A stretch of DNA of 62,626 nucleotides, filler included, from Globobulimina sp. (taxonomy: Eukaryota): the NCBI GenBank assembly GCA_003354225.1. It is 35 parts of 35 records of this genome, joined end to end, with 100 filler letters (N's around TTAATTAATTAA, not from the genome) between each part and the next. Parts side by side here need not be neighbours in the genome. Positions count along the whole stretch, not along the records: positions 12,552 to 14,244 come from PIVH01013038.1; positions 14,345 to 16,037 come from PIVH01013039.1; positions 16,138 to 17,830 come from PIVH01013040.1; positions 17,931 to 19,623 come from PIVH01013041.1; positions 19,724 to 21,415 come from PIVH01013042.1; positions 21,516 to 23,207 come from PIVH01013043.1; 29 more parts are not named here. One strand, written 5' to 3'. Shown one piece after another: positions 12,554 to 23,307 of this stretch. Each line of letters starts with the position of its first letter. Positions within the stretch are counted from its first letter, which is position 1. The position numbers and the translations under genes are program-made. The notes beneath the pieces are model-generated. The model did not search any database. It was not told where the DNA came from and worked only from the letters and a program-made list of their open reading frames with translations.

Positions 12554-14119
12554 TGTAAAGTATTGAATGAAAACATGAACTTATTATGTATTTTGATTAC
12601 TTTTTATGGAAACTGTGGGGAAATAAAAAGAGCACAACAAATATTTGATAATATTGAATATAAAATGCACACTGAACAAAGTTATGGCTCATTCATGAAT
12701 GCGTTAATAAATTGTAAATATTTCAATCAAACATTAGATTTATATAAAGAAATGAAAGAAAATCATCCTCAAATTATCTGTAATAACATTACCTATTTGA
12801 ATATAATAAAAGTAATAAATAATTTAGATTGCAATAATTTTAATAAAATAAAAGAAATAAACTTAATTCATTCCCATATTGCCAAAGATAAAAATGTCAA
12901 AAGAAAAGATATCAAAATAGAAAATGCCTTAATTAATATATATGGGAAATGTGGAGATGTTTTGTCAGCAGAAACGTTATGGAATGGAATATTGAAAAAA
13001 GATAAAAATATCATAACATATGGAACAATGATAAATATTTATAACAAAGCAAATAGAAATGAATGTGCCTTAAAAATATTGAATCAATTATTAAATGAAA
13101 GAACAGATTTAAAAGTGAATGAAATTATTTATTTACATGCCATAAATACCTATTCATCCCTCGGATTATTAAATAAAATGAAAGAAATGGACAAAACAAT
13201 ACTTTCTAGAACAATACAATTAAAGAATGCGTTAATTATTGCTTATGGAAAATGTTTTGATATTGAAGCAGCAAAATATATATTTGATTCCATTCCATTT
13301 CACAAGAAAAGCAAAATAACATATTGTACAATGATGAAAGCATATGAAATTAATGGTGAATATTCCTCAGTTATTGAGTTATTCAATCAAATCAAAGCAA
13401 ATAGGAATACTGAAATGGATGAAATTTGTTATTTAATTGCATTAAATTCGTGTTCCAAAGATAATAATTTACATTCATATACAATGCAAATACAAAACGA
13501 ATTAAATTCAAAATTGAAAAAAGAAATTCTCTCAAACTCATTTCAAATACAAACTCAATCCTTAATAAATTATTCAAATTTTGGTGATTTAATCTCTGTC
13601 GAAAGGATATTTTATGAAAACATTTCAACTGAAATAAAATCGGAAAAAGCTTCAATTTGGAACGCAATGATTCAAATTTATGGCAAATGTGGAATGGCTC
13701 AAAAAGCATTGGATTTATATCATAAAATGAGGGATGAATACAAATTAAAAGGGGATGATATTACAAATATTGTTTTATTAAATGCGTTGAGTCATAATGG
13801 TTTGCTTAAGGAAGCTGAACAAATATTTGCTAACATAATAATTATTGATGATAAAAATAAAAAAGATATTTATTCGTCAATGGTTGATTGTTATTCAAGG
13901 AAAGGATTTTTAAATAAGGCATATGATTTGATAATAAAATATGAGGGCAGTAACAAAGCATGCTCTGTGATGTGGATGTCATTATTAAATGGCTGTAGGA
14001 TGTATAATGATAAAGAAATGTCAAATAAAGTTAACATTTGCTTCAAACAAAGATTTAAACATATGTCAAATGTTATGAAATCTGCCGATTTATTGGTTCA
14101 ATACACTAACAAGGACTAG
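12554..14119 (+). CDS. Pentatricopeptide-repeat protein, PLS-like with E1-type C-terminus, 5' partial
   Basis: Repeats NALINIYGKCGD, NALIIAYGKC, WNAMIQIYGKCG...AL.LY..M, LLNALSHNGL, YSSMVDCYSRKG.L..A, WMSLLNGCR. Confidence 0.9.
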   Translation, partial: CKVLNENMNLLCILITFYGNCGEIKRAQQIFDNIEYKMHTEQSYGSFMNALINCKYFNQTLDLYKEMKENHPQIICNNITYLNIIKVINNLDCNNFNKIKEINLIHSHIAKDKNVKRKDIKIENALINIYGKCGDVLSAETLWNGILKKDKNIITYGTMINIYNKANRNECALKILNQLLNERTDLKVNEIIYLHAINTYSSLGLLNKMKEMDKTILSRTIQLKNALIIAYGKCFDIEAAKYIFDSIPFHKKSKITYCTMMKAYEINGEYSSVIELFNQIKANRNTEMDEICYLIALNSCSKDNNLHSYTMQIQNELNSKLKKEILSNSFQIQTQSLINYSNFGDLISVERIFYENISTEIKSEKASIWNAMIQIYGKCGMAQKALDLYHKMRDEYKLKGDDITNIVLLNALSHNGLLKEAEQIFANIIIIDDKNKKDIYSSMVDCYSRKGFLNKAYDLIIKYEGSNKACSVMWMSLLNGCRMYNDKEMSNKVNICFKQRFKHMSNVMKSADLLVQYTNKD

Positions 14120-14599
14120 TGGTACATCCAGATTTAGACCAAATTGAAAAAAAACTGTCTGCTCCAAGTTTTGAAACTATGATCCGTTCATTGGTCCTAT
14201 TATCCTGTCTCTTACTATCATCCCATTCCAGGCCTGCAACAACANNNNNNNNNNNNNNNNNNNNNNNNNNNNNNNNNNNNNNNNNNNNTTAATTAATTAA
14301 NNNNNNNNNNNNNNNNNNNNNNNNNNNNNNNNNNNNNNNNNNNNCTATCGAAAAAAGCAATATTGAACTACACTGTGTTTACATAAAAAGCAGTGGCTAA
14401 ACAGTAAATATATTAGATCGGATTGGAGTGCTTATTTCGTAAAGTGTTTCTCATCGATTGGAGTGCTTTTTAGCGCAAAATTTGATGTACGAACGTATAC
14501 CAAGCGTTAAATCAAAAAGTGAATGCTACAAAACATGTAATTCTTATATATGATAAAGATGATAGCTATCATTTTGGATGAACTTCACGCATTTCCAAT

Positions 14600-14623
14600 A
14601 ATACGTGAAGTACTTCACGTATT
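14600..14623. repeat. Perfect 24-bp palindrome AATACGTGAAGTACTTCACGTATT
   Basis: Read directly. Flanked by direct repeats AGCGGATGAGAAACAT (x2) and GATTGGAGTGCTT (x2). Confidence 0.9.
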
Positions 14624-15133
14624 TACGGTACAGTGCTAGCCCTAAAATTGACCAAGCGGATGAGAAACATACCCTATATATAGCGGATGAGAAACATCCC
14701 GGGCATGCTTGCAAATCCATTTTCATCTCATGTTCATAATTGATAACTTGTAATGGTACATTACCACCTCCACCAGAATTAAATTCAATAAAATCATCAT
14801 GAAAAGCAAAATGTTGTCTCATATTATGTCCTAATACATAATTATTTGGAGTGGAATCATTTTCATTATCAGAATCAGATATAATTCTGTCCAAATTCGA
14901 AAACACACGAAATTACTTGAAATGTGGTCCATCTTCGTTTGTGCATACCATCATCACTTTTTCGTGTGGACAATAATTTGGTGGTACCTGTCGCAGAAGT
15001 ATCTAAAGCCTCCATTATATAGTATCGTTTAGTGACTTCAGTCGAAAAGTTTCTCGTTTGCTGTCCTCCCCTAAAACATATGTAATAGTTACAAAAAATA
15101 ATTAGTAATAAGCTACAAAAAAAAAAAGTCAAA

Positions 15134-16037
15134 TCATTGTTTATTTCGATTCTCCACAGCTTTTGCTCCAGTCTGAACCACATGTTTTGCTAAATTTGCA
15201 TAATTCGGTGTCCCATATCCCGTCACCGCATCCCAGCCTTTCACCGCCGGATAAGCCACCCCACCACACCCAGAATTGCGTCCACTCGTAATATCATTCA
15301 ACACCGTCGCATCTTTCCCCGCAGTCGCATACAAAAACGGATTCAAAAAGCCCAACGGAGGCTGTCCCGCATTAAACCGCAAGTCATTCAACAACGCCAT
15401 GACTCCCGACACAGTCGGCGCCGAACACGAAGTGCCACTGACACCCATATTCATGCCAGCCACTACAATCGTAAAATCCACACTTTGTGCCGCAATGTCG
15501 GGATAACCCCGTCCAGTCCGATTCCATTTGCCCTCTGCAGGCAAGCTGTTGCCCGCAATGCTAAAATACGTACTCACCGCACTAGTTTGCCACGATTGCT
15601 GTGGCCAATAATCACTAAAACCGCCGCCAGAGGAAGTCCATGCCACCTCTGGCGAGTTTTGAGTACCACCGACCGCAGTCACATAGGGAGATCCCGTGGG
15701 AAAATCTGGACATTCCCGGCCTTTCGACTGTGTACAATTACCACCGGCACCGCTATCACCTGAGGCGAATAAAAACGACATTCCCGTCGTGCCGCATTTG
15801 GCAAATTCCGTATTCACACGATTGCCATACTCATAGCCCACTGATTTCTCATCCTCGCCATACGAAACACTGTATAACCACGCCGGGTTTGCCGCAGCTT
15901 CGATGCCAGTCAACCACGTTAAAAAGGGCTCATTTGCGGCATTGTTGGGGGCGCGGCCGGCGGTGTACCAGGTTTGAGTGGGGATTTGTTGCCCCATCGC
16001 CGTGATATATTGGATGTCCAATTCGGCCTCAATGCCG
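15134..16037 (-). CDS. Tripeptidyl-peptidase I-like sedolisin (peptidase S53), 5' partial
   Basis: EAELDIQY, SVSYG, ASGDSG, GRGYPDIAA, catalytic SGTSCSAP, GWDAVTGYGTP. Confidence 0.95.
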
Positions 16038-16317
16038 NNNNNNNNNNNNNNNNNNNNNNNNNNNNNNNNNNNNNNNNNNNNTTAATTAATTAANNNNNNN
16101 NNNNNNNNNNNNNNNNNNNNNNNNNNNNNNNNNNNNNGGCGATGACTGCTCATCGCGCGGCTACATGATGTGACCTAATCTCTTTTGAATGGGTGTAATT
16201 TAAGTTTCGATATTGTTTGATACGAATGAAAGTTTAATTCGATTTGTTTGATAATAATAATAATATGAAATATCTGCAAAGTTTTTTTTTACCTTTTTTT
16301 TTTATTCTTGAGGCAAA

Positions 16318-17739
16318 ATGAATCTTGGTGTTGAAGGACAAGCACAGCGGAGGAAAAAGGATAAAAAATGCAAGCGATCCTCTCGAAAGAAAAATGTATA
16401 TAAAATTTAATTTACATTTCATAAATAAACCTAAAAAAATATTGCATAAACCCCTCCATCACAGCAACAACAAGGACCGATACAGCCAACTCATAGGAAA
16501 ATATTTCAAACAAAAATCATCAAAATGCAGCAACGCAAAATTGGATTAATCATCGGCCAAAGTGGCAAAAATATAAAAGAATTGTACAAATACACTCATT
16601 GTGACATAATTCTACCAAAACCAAAAAAGAAAAAAGAAGAAACAAATTTTGCTGCGATTGAGGATTCTGATATTTATTATGTCTACGATTCATACAACAA
16701 CCGAGAACAAACAAATTTACATTTCAAGGACATCGAGGATGAAAAACAAAGACAAGCAAAGAAAAACGAAGAGGAAACGGACGGAAAGGAAGAGGAGGAC
16801 CCTGATGACCCACGGCGTATAATTGAGGTGAAACTGCGAGGAACGCCCGAAGAAATTCGCGACGCCGAATTGGAGATAAATTTCATGATAAAACATGGCC
16901 GATTGATGTTAGAACATGAACGAGGGCACAGTCACACGCCTCAATATGACGATGAATCTGACGATGAAATCGCCGAAGATTTGCGCATTCCGTCCAAAAT
17001 CTGTGGTATGTTGATAGGTGGCGGAGGGCAACGCGTCAAAGAATTGATGCAAGCGAGCGGTGCCGAAATATGGGTGGATTGGGACAAAGAGTCGCATATT
17101 GAGGCGGGAGTAAGTTGTGTACACTTAAAAGGTACAAAATACAATGTCGAAATGGCGAAAGAGGAAATCAAACGGATACAAAATTTATTTGAGAAGGGTT
17201 CAAATAATTTTCGCTTCGAAATCCCGTCGTATTGTTCGCGCCAATTGTTTGGTGAAAGCGGCGCGAATTTGAAGATGCTGCAAAAACAATACAATGTGAG
17301 TATCACTGTGAAAAATTATCGGCATCAACGCAGATCGATTCGTGTTGGCGATGACGAAGAAGAAGTGCAGAGGACAATGATGGTGATCTTAATCGGCGAA
17401 AACGAGGACCAAATGGCGTGCAAGCAAGGCATTGACAAATTGGTGGGGACGTTCATTAAATGCCAGCAATGTAATAATTTGACAAAAGATGATGAGGGAT
17501 ACGAGGATACTCGCAGCGGGAGCTGGTATTGTCAGGATTGTTGGGATGAGTTTAATGGTGTTGTTAAAAAAGAGGAAGAGAAGAAGAATTATAATGTGCC
17601 CCATTTAACCAATCAAATACAAGAGATCGATATAAGTAGACATCCGAGCCATAGTCAGCAAGGCAATCATGGCGCTCATCGGGATAATTATGGTGGTGGT
17701 GGACGAAGACCAGGACCAATTCGGAAAAATAAATGGTGA
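16318..17739 (+). CDS. Three-KH-domain RNA-binding protein with a C-terminal CxxC-CxxC finger; predicted intron 16396-16464
   Basis: IGLIIGQSGKNIKEL, GMLIGGGGQRVKEL, LFGESGANLKML, then CQQC...WYCQDCW. A phase-0 GT-AG intron links ATG 16318 to the main ORF. Confidence 0.88.
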
Positions 17740-17931
17740 ATGAGACAATTGTACAGTTGTAAATCTATCATTGTATAATTTTATTTTACACATCATTCCA
17801 TACAAAATCAAAAGCATCGAACACCCTAAANNNNNNNNNNNNNNNNNNNNNNNNNNNNNNNNNNNNNNNNNNNNTTAATTAATTAANNNNNNNNNNNNNN
17901 NNNNNNNNNNNNNNNNNNNNNNNNNNNNNNC

Positions 17932-19539
17932 AAATGGAAACATATGCATTGTAATAATAATAAGCAGGATGCTGTATATTATATGGATCGCTATGTGTCG
18001 TTAAACAGTCAATATTCAATGGGTGCCACCGGGAGTTGTACTATTAACGCATTGGAGGCAACATTGCAATTACAAATGGGCCAAATGCCGAGTATTGAAT
18101 TAATAGATAAAATATTGCAATTATCGGCATTGTATAAACAAGATAAACATTCGGATGTGGATGATATTTATGTGCATGTCACGAGGTATAAGGAGAACTT
18201 ATTCAAACTTGCAGAGATTCAAATTAATATAAACGATTTTAATCAGACTGTAATGAATAAATTAAGGGAGAATATCAGTGCAATAATTACAAAACCGCCA
18301 GAAAGCATATTTATACATAACAAGAATGGCAATATTTATTTATATGATTCCCATCCTCGAGCGAATGGATTAAATGGTTCACATTTTTTGATATTTAAAG
18401 ACAAATCGAATGTATTGAAATATTTAAATAAATTATGGCCGTATCAATATTTTGGTGATGATTTTAAAGATTTGCGTGCCCAACAGATAAATATGTGTAA
18501 TATCACATTATTTAAATTGAAAAAGAATGCAAATCCGTCATTAGCACCGGATGTAAAACGAATGGGTATTCAGTTAAAACAAATTGGTGTTACATTACAA
18601 GAAAAATGGCATAAAAATTATGGACAATCACATCCGATTAATTCTAATAATAATACAGGCACTGAGCATAAAGTGGATGATTTGGATGAAAAAACAAAGA
18701 TTTATATTAGTAAATTATTAAATGAGATCAATGAATTAAAACAGGACAATAACAGATTACGATTACAATTATATGAATTTACAAAAGAAAAAAAGAAAAA
18801 AAAAGAAAACAACACTCGATTATTCACAATTAAACCAAAAAAAGCAAAAGAAAACAGAGAAAATAAAGAAAATGTTTTTCTTTGCATGAAATGTAATAAA
18901 AATCGCAAAAATGAGGATTTATTTATTTTTAGCGCATGTAAATGCAAATCATGTCGAGAGTGCGCACTTAAATATTTTACAAAATCATTGTCGAAAAATA
19001 AATGGCCGATACATTGTTTTGTTTGTAAAAATATGGAATGCGATGCTGGGGATTTTAGGATATTTGGTAATGACATCCATCAAAAATATTGTAAATTAAG
19101 TCATAATCAATTATTACAAAAAGAAAAAATGCAATGTCCACAATGTATGAAAGTATCGATTGTGTCTGAATGGAAAAAAAATAAAAAGAAAAATGAATAT
19201 TATCAATGTCCAGCGAAAAAATGCGAATATAAATTTTGTTCAAAATGCGGAATTGAATATGAAGGACTTCATTACAAATTAAATTGTAGCGATGCACAAA
19301 AAATTGTTAAACAACCGAGACGTTTTGGAAAATGTGCAGGTTCGGGTTGTCATAAATTATTAGTTAATCAAACATTTGGTCAACAAAAATATGATTTTAT
19401 AGTTTTTTGTCAGCATTGTAAATATTATAATTGTTTTGGATGTCATAAAAGAACAAAACAAAATGAAATTGCTGCAAAACATGCGAAACAGCATCAAGCG
19501 CATTCTCAGAGACAATATAAAAACGTATATATTGTGTAA
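17932..19539 (+). CDS. Fusion of a VTD/herpes-tegument-like (peptidase C76 fold) deubiquitinase domain, a coiled coil and a RING1-IBR-RING2-like zinc module
   Basis: SQY...GSCT (Cys codon 18037) and IYLYDSH (Asp/His 18346-18354). CMKC...CKC..CREC...PIHC; CPQC...CPAKKC...FCSKC...H...C; CAGSGC...CQHC...CFGC. Confidence 0.75.
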   Translation, partial: KWKHMHCNNNKQDAVYYMDRYVSLNSQYSMGATGSCTINALEATLQLQMGQMPSIELIDKILQLSALYKQDKHSDVDDIYVHVTRYKENLFKLAEIQININDFNQTVMNKLRENISAIITKPPESIFIHNKNGNIYLYDSHPRANGLNGSHFLIFKDKSNVLKYLNKLWPYQYFGDDFKDLRAQQINMCNITLFKLKKNANPSLAPDVKRMGIQLKQIGVTLQEKWHKNYGQSHPINSNNNTGTEHKVDDLDEKTKIYISKLLNEINELKQDNNRLRLQLYEFTKEKKKKKENNTRLFTIKPKKAKENRENKENVFLCMKCNKNRKNEDLFIFSACKCKSCRECALKYFTKSLSKNKWPIHCFVCKNMECDAGDFRIFGNDIHQKYCKLSHNQLLQKEKMQCPQCMKVSIVSEWKKNKKKNEYYQCPAKKCEYKFCSKCGIEYEGLHYKLNCSDAQKIVKQPRRFGKCAGSGCHKLLVNQTFGQQKYDFIVFCQHCKYYNCFGCHKRTKQNEIAAKHAKQHQAHSQRQYKNVYIV

Positions 19540-19725
19540 GACATCTTTTTTTTTTATATTTGTATTTGTTACATTTATGTATTCTTGTGATATACAAAAT
19601 TGATTTCTCAGTGTTTTGAAGATNNNNNNNNNNNNNNNNNNNNNNNNNNNNNNNNNNNNNNNNNNNNTTAATTAATTAANNNNNNNNNNNNNNNNNNNNN
19701 NNNNNNNNNNNNNNNNNNNNNNNCA

Positions 19726-20037
19726 GTCCAAACAAATAAAAAATGGTCAGTTTATGGTGACGAAATGAGGGTAAATATACCAAATAAAGCGGAAACATAT
19801 TTAGGTAAACAATATGGAAATTGGATTGTGCCAGATGTAGATCAGCGGAGATTGGATTGTCCGAATGTCGCTGACAGCACAATTAAGGAATGGATTAAAG
19901 ATATATATAAATTTAAACACAGAATAATTCGGAGTCAATCAATTGATGTTCAAAATATAGCAACAGTACCAAAACAAGGACAAATATTGATTATATCATT
20001 TGGATTTATGTTAGGATGCATTAGTTTTATGTATTAA
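19726..20037 (+). CDS. C-terminus of a LicD/fukutin-family nucleotidyltransferase-fold protein, 5' partial
   Basis: VNIPNKAETYLGKQYGNWIVPD matches the LicD terminal motif v.iP...e.yL...YG.W..P, followed by a hydrophobic tail. Confidence 0.65.
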   Translation, partial: VQTNKKWSVYGDEMRVNIPNKAETYLGKQYGNWIVPDVDQRRLDCPNVADSTIKEWIKDIYKFKHRIIRSQSIDVQNIATVPKQGQILIISFGFMLGCISFMY

Positions 20038-20295
20038 TTTAATATTTGATTAAATAATGCCTTGGTAAGATCTAGAAATCGTATTTCTTGATTCTTGTCT
20101 GGTGGAGTTTGGTACGTATTAGGTTTAGAAACGAATTGGAACCAATTTGGAATACGACAAAGTTTGCTTCTGCTTTGTTGATTTATTGTTGACGCTAATT
20201 GACGCTACGCAGCCTTGAAATTCACGTTCAAATATTCAAAGATAATAAAACTAGAGTTTTTTCGCGTAAAACTCCAAAACTTCTTTTTGTTACAA

Positions 20296-21415
20296 ATGCT
20301 GCTTCCACCACGTTGCTTCGATGTATTAGTGGCATGGGGATCATCGGAATCAGTTAAAGATGGTCGCAGCCCTAATGCAAAAGACAAAGTAGAAAGCAGC
20401 GCCATCCAATTGCAACATGTTGATGAGCCTCATGCTAAGAAGCAACATATTATTGGTAACTCATCAGATGACATGAAACATCACGCAGCCGTGCCTTGGA
20501 TTTGCTCCATGTGTACATTTGAGAATGATCGGACAAACAAGAAATGCATTATGTGTGAAATTGGAACCTTTTGGTCTGATACAGAGGAAGAAGACAGTGA
20601 CACAAATATGGCAACGCCAATGTCCTCTCATTCTCCCAGACGCATAAAAATAAAAGGAAATCCACATATTTTTGAGGTATATTTCTCGCCGGAAAACACA
20701 GAACGACCGCAATTGCACCATAGCAACATCAACGCAGACAATTCACTCGATTGTAGAGCAAATATTGAGGTTGATGTTGAAGAGTCAGCGCAAGAATACA
20801 AAAGTGGAACAGATTCGGACGAACATTATTTTGATGCAAATTCAGTACAAAGTGAAGCCAGTTTAAGTGCAAAACCACCACTTCAACAAACAATGCCAAC
20901 GCAATCTATTATCACCATACTCAGCTCCAACCATATTGAGAACATTGAACCGCAGCACAGTGATGCGGATGGCAAGAAAAGTAATGTTGAACAGTATGAA
21001 ACTGAGACGGACACAAATACAGAAACAGACACAAATATTGATACTGTAGTAACTAAAGAAAGCTTAATCGACGAGAAAGCAGCAACATTGTGTGAGACGA
21101 AAGAGAGCGAAATCATTGAATATGAAACTGTAACGGAAACAGATACGGATATCAATGTGGATACAAATATTAAAAGCATTGAGACGCAGCAATTAATTGG
21201 TTGTGCAGTGCGAATAAAGGAAAGCATCGGCAATGTTGCACAGCTGCAGCAAGATACAGACATAGCAGTTGATGGTGGTACGTCCGTTAACAACGATCAA
21301 TTTGCAAATGGCAGAAATAATGAGGTACTGCAAGCTGGCGCAAAATTAACAGTCATTCATGACATGGATACAGAGCCAGATACGGATACAGATACAGATA
21401 CGGACACAGATTATG
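20296..21415 (+). CDS. RanBP2-type zinc-finger protein with acidic (D/E)T low-complexity repeats, 3' partial
   Basis: WICSMCTFENDRTNKKCIMCE; repeated YETETDT / DTDTDTDT. Confidence 0.75.
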
Positions 21416-21516
21416 NNNNNNNNNNNNNNNNNNNNNNNNNNNNNNNNNNNNNNNNNNNNTTAATTAATTAANNNNNNNNNNNNNNNNNNNNNNNNNNNNN
21501 NNNNNNNNNNNNNNNG

Positions 21517-22422
21517 AAGCAAGTTGTATATGATGATAATAATCCTTATGGACAGATTAAAGTGTCATGGAAAATACCCTCAGCAAAACAGGGTGGCGAT
21601 ACCAAGAAAAAACTGCACATTGAATATGCAAATATTGAAAATAAAAATGATGACAACAAAGAAGAAGTGTGTGATGAAAAGAAATGGGAAGCAACACAGG
21701 TTGATATTGATGGTAATTTGCGTGAAGGCACTTATAATATCATGGTTGATACCATTGGGACATATTTATTTAAAGTAAAATATTATTCAATGAAAGAGAA
21801 AATATATTCCGCATATTCCAATATTAAATCAATAAATGTGATGACTGTTGACATGTTTCCAGAAACAAAGATAATTGATATGAGCGAGAAAAATATTTTA
21901 AGGCAATGGATGTTTGAAAATGTAGTAAAAAATAATAAGAAACAAAAAATAAAGTTGTTGTTATTGTATAGAATGAGCAGAGATGGAAAAGATTTAAATA
22001 TTGCCCATGCCAAGTATTTAAATAAAGGGGCAACAGTCACAATTATGCAATCAAAAGATTTTAACCATGTTTGTGGTGGATATACAAGTAAATCATGGGA
22101 AAAATCAGGTCGTGCTCCCCCAGATCCAGATGCGTTTATTTTTTTATTACGATCACAATTTGGACATAATCCACAAATATTTAAACCAAAAGATACTCAA
22201 AAAGCTGTTCATTATAGTCCTAACTATGGTCCTTCATGGGGGAATGGCTGCTCTCTACGTGTTGATCTAACGAGTGCTTCACGCAATGCATATTCAAATC
22301 CAGATAATGTATATGATACTGTGGGTAATTCATTATTAGGCGGATCATCATATAGTGCCACAAAAACACAATATAATTATTGGTTAAAAGATTACGAAGT
22401 ATACCAAGTTGTTATGGAGTGA
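21517..22422 (+). CDS. TLDc-domain protein with an FN3-like N-terminal part, 5' partial
   Basis: LLYRMSRDG, GATVTIMQS, GGYTSKSW, DPDAFIFLL, YGPSWGNG, DYEVYQV. Upstream VSWKIP...YLFKVK...YSN is FN3-like. Confidence 0.9.
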   Translation, partial: KQVVYDDNNPYGQIKVSWKIPSAKQGGDTKKKLHIEYANIENKNDDNKEEVCDEKKWEATQVDIDGNLREGTYNIMVDTIGTYLFKVKYYSMKEKIYSAYSNIKSINVMTVDMFPETKIIDMSEKNILRQWMFENVVKNNKKQKIKLLLLYRMSRDGKDLNIAHAKYLNKGATVTIMQSKDFNHVCGGYTSKSWEKSGRAPPDPDAFIFLLRSQFGHNPQIFKPKDTQKAVHYSPNYGPSWGNGCSLRVDLTSASRNAYSNPDNVYDTVGNSLLGGSSYSATKTQYNYWLKDYEVYQVVME

Positions 22423-22651
22423 CTGTATTTTTTTTAATATTTTTATTTGTAAATTATAATGTTTGCGTAGAAGATATTCACTATTAATTTGATTAAATGA
22501 TTGTTTTTCTGATTAACAAAATGAATGCAATGCAATACAAAATAAAAAAAAACACAAAAAAAAATAAAAAATAGCTGAGCGCTGCGATATTTATTACAAA
22601 ATAAAAGAAAAGAAAAAGAAAACACAAACACACAACCGACACAAACAGGCA

Positions 22652-23207
22652 TTACATTTTATAATGATATAATTGTCTGTCATTTTCGTCTCTTTCCAAA
22701 TATTCCAATTCAATCAAATTTGCAATTCTTTTCTTAATATCCACCGGTTTTGGCGTAAAGCGGCCGCGTAATTGCTTGACGACTTCTGTCACCAAATCCG
22801 GATGTTTCAAGGTCTTCCTTGCTTTCATGATGCGCACAATGGCCGCATCCATCTGATGTCTGCGTAGCCTATAAATGGCCTCCATATTTTTGTCGTCCCG
22901 GGCTGCAGATTTGGACGATTTGATATTTAAGGTCGGAATCGGTATTTTGGCCCTGGGATTGGCATATTTCGGATTGATTTGGAACTTATGATCGTCCGCT
23001 ATGTCTTTGGTGTTTGGCGCCTTCCGCATCACCTTCACCTTTGGATGCGCCATGGATAGGCCGGCAACCTGCAAATCCTCCTTTGGTATCGACGTCGCGT
23101 CGCTCATTTCCTTGAAGGTCCACGTGGTCTTATTGTTGAACAGCAACAACACCAACATCGGATAGGTGGACACGACCAATATCTTCTTGCACCGCGCATT
23201 GAACTGC
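22652..23207 (-). CDS. Cullin C-terminus (neddylation domain), CUL3-like, 5' partial
   Basis: VSTYPMLVLLLFN, DAAIVRIMKARK, RFTPKPVDIKKRIANLIELEYLER. Confidence 0.95.
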
Positions 23208-23307
23208 NNNNNNNNNNNNNNNNNNNNNNNNNNNNNNNNNNNNNNNNNNNNTTAATTAATTAANNNNNNNNNNNNNNNNNNNNNNNNNNNNNNNNNNNNN
23301 NNNNNNN

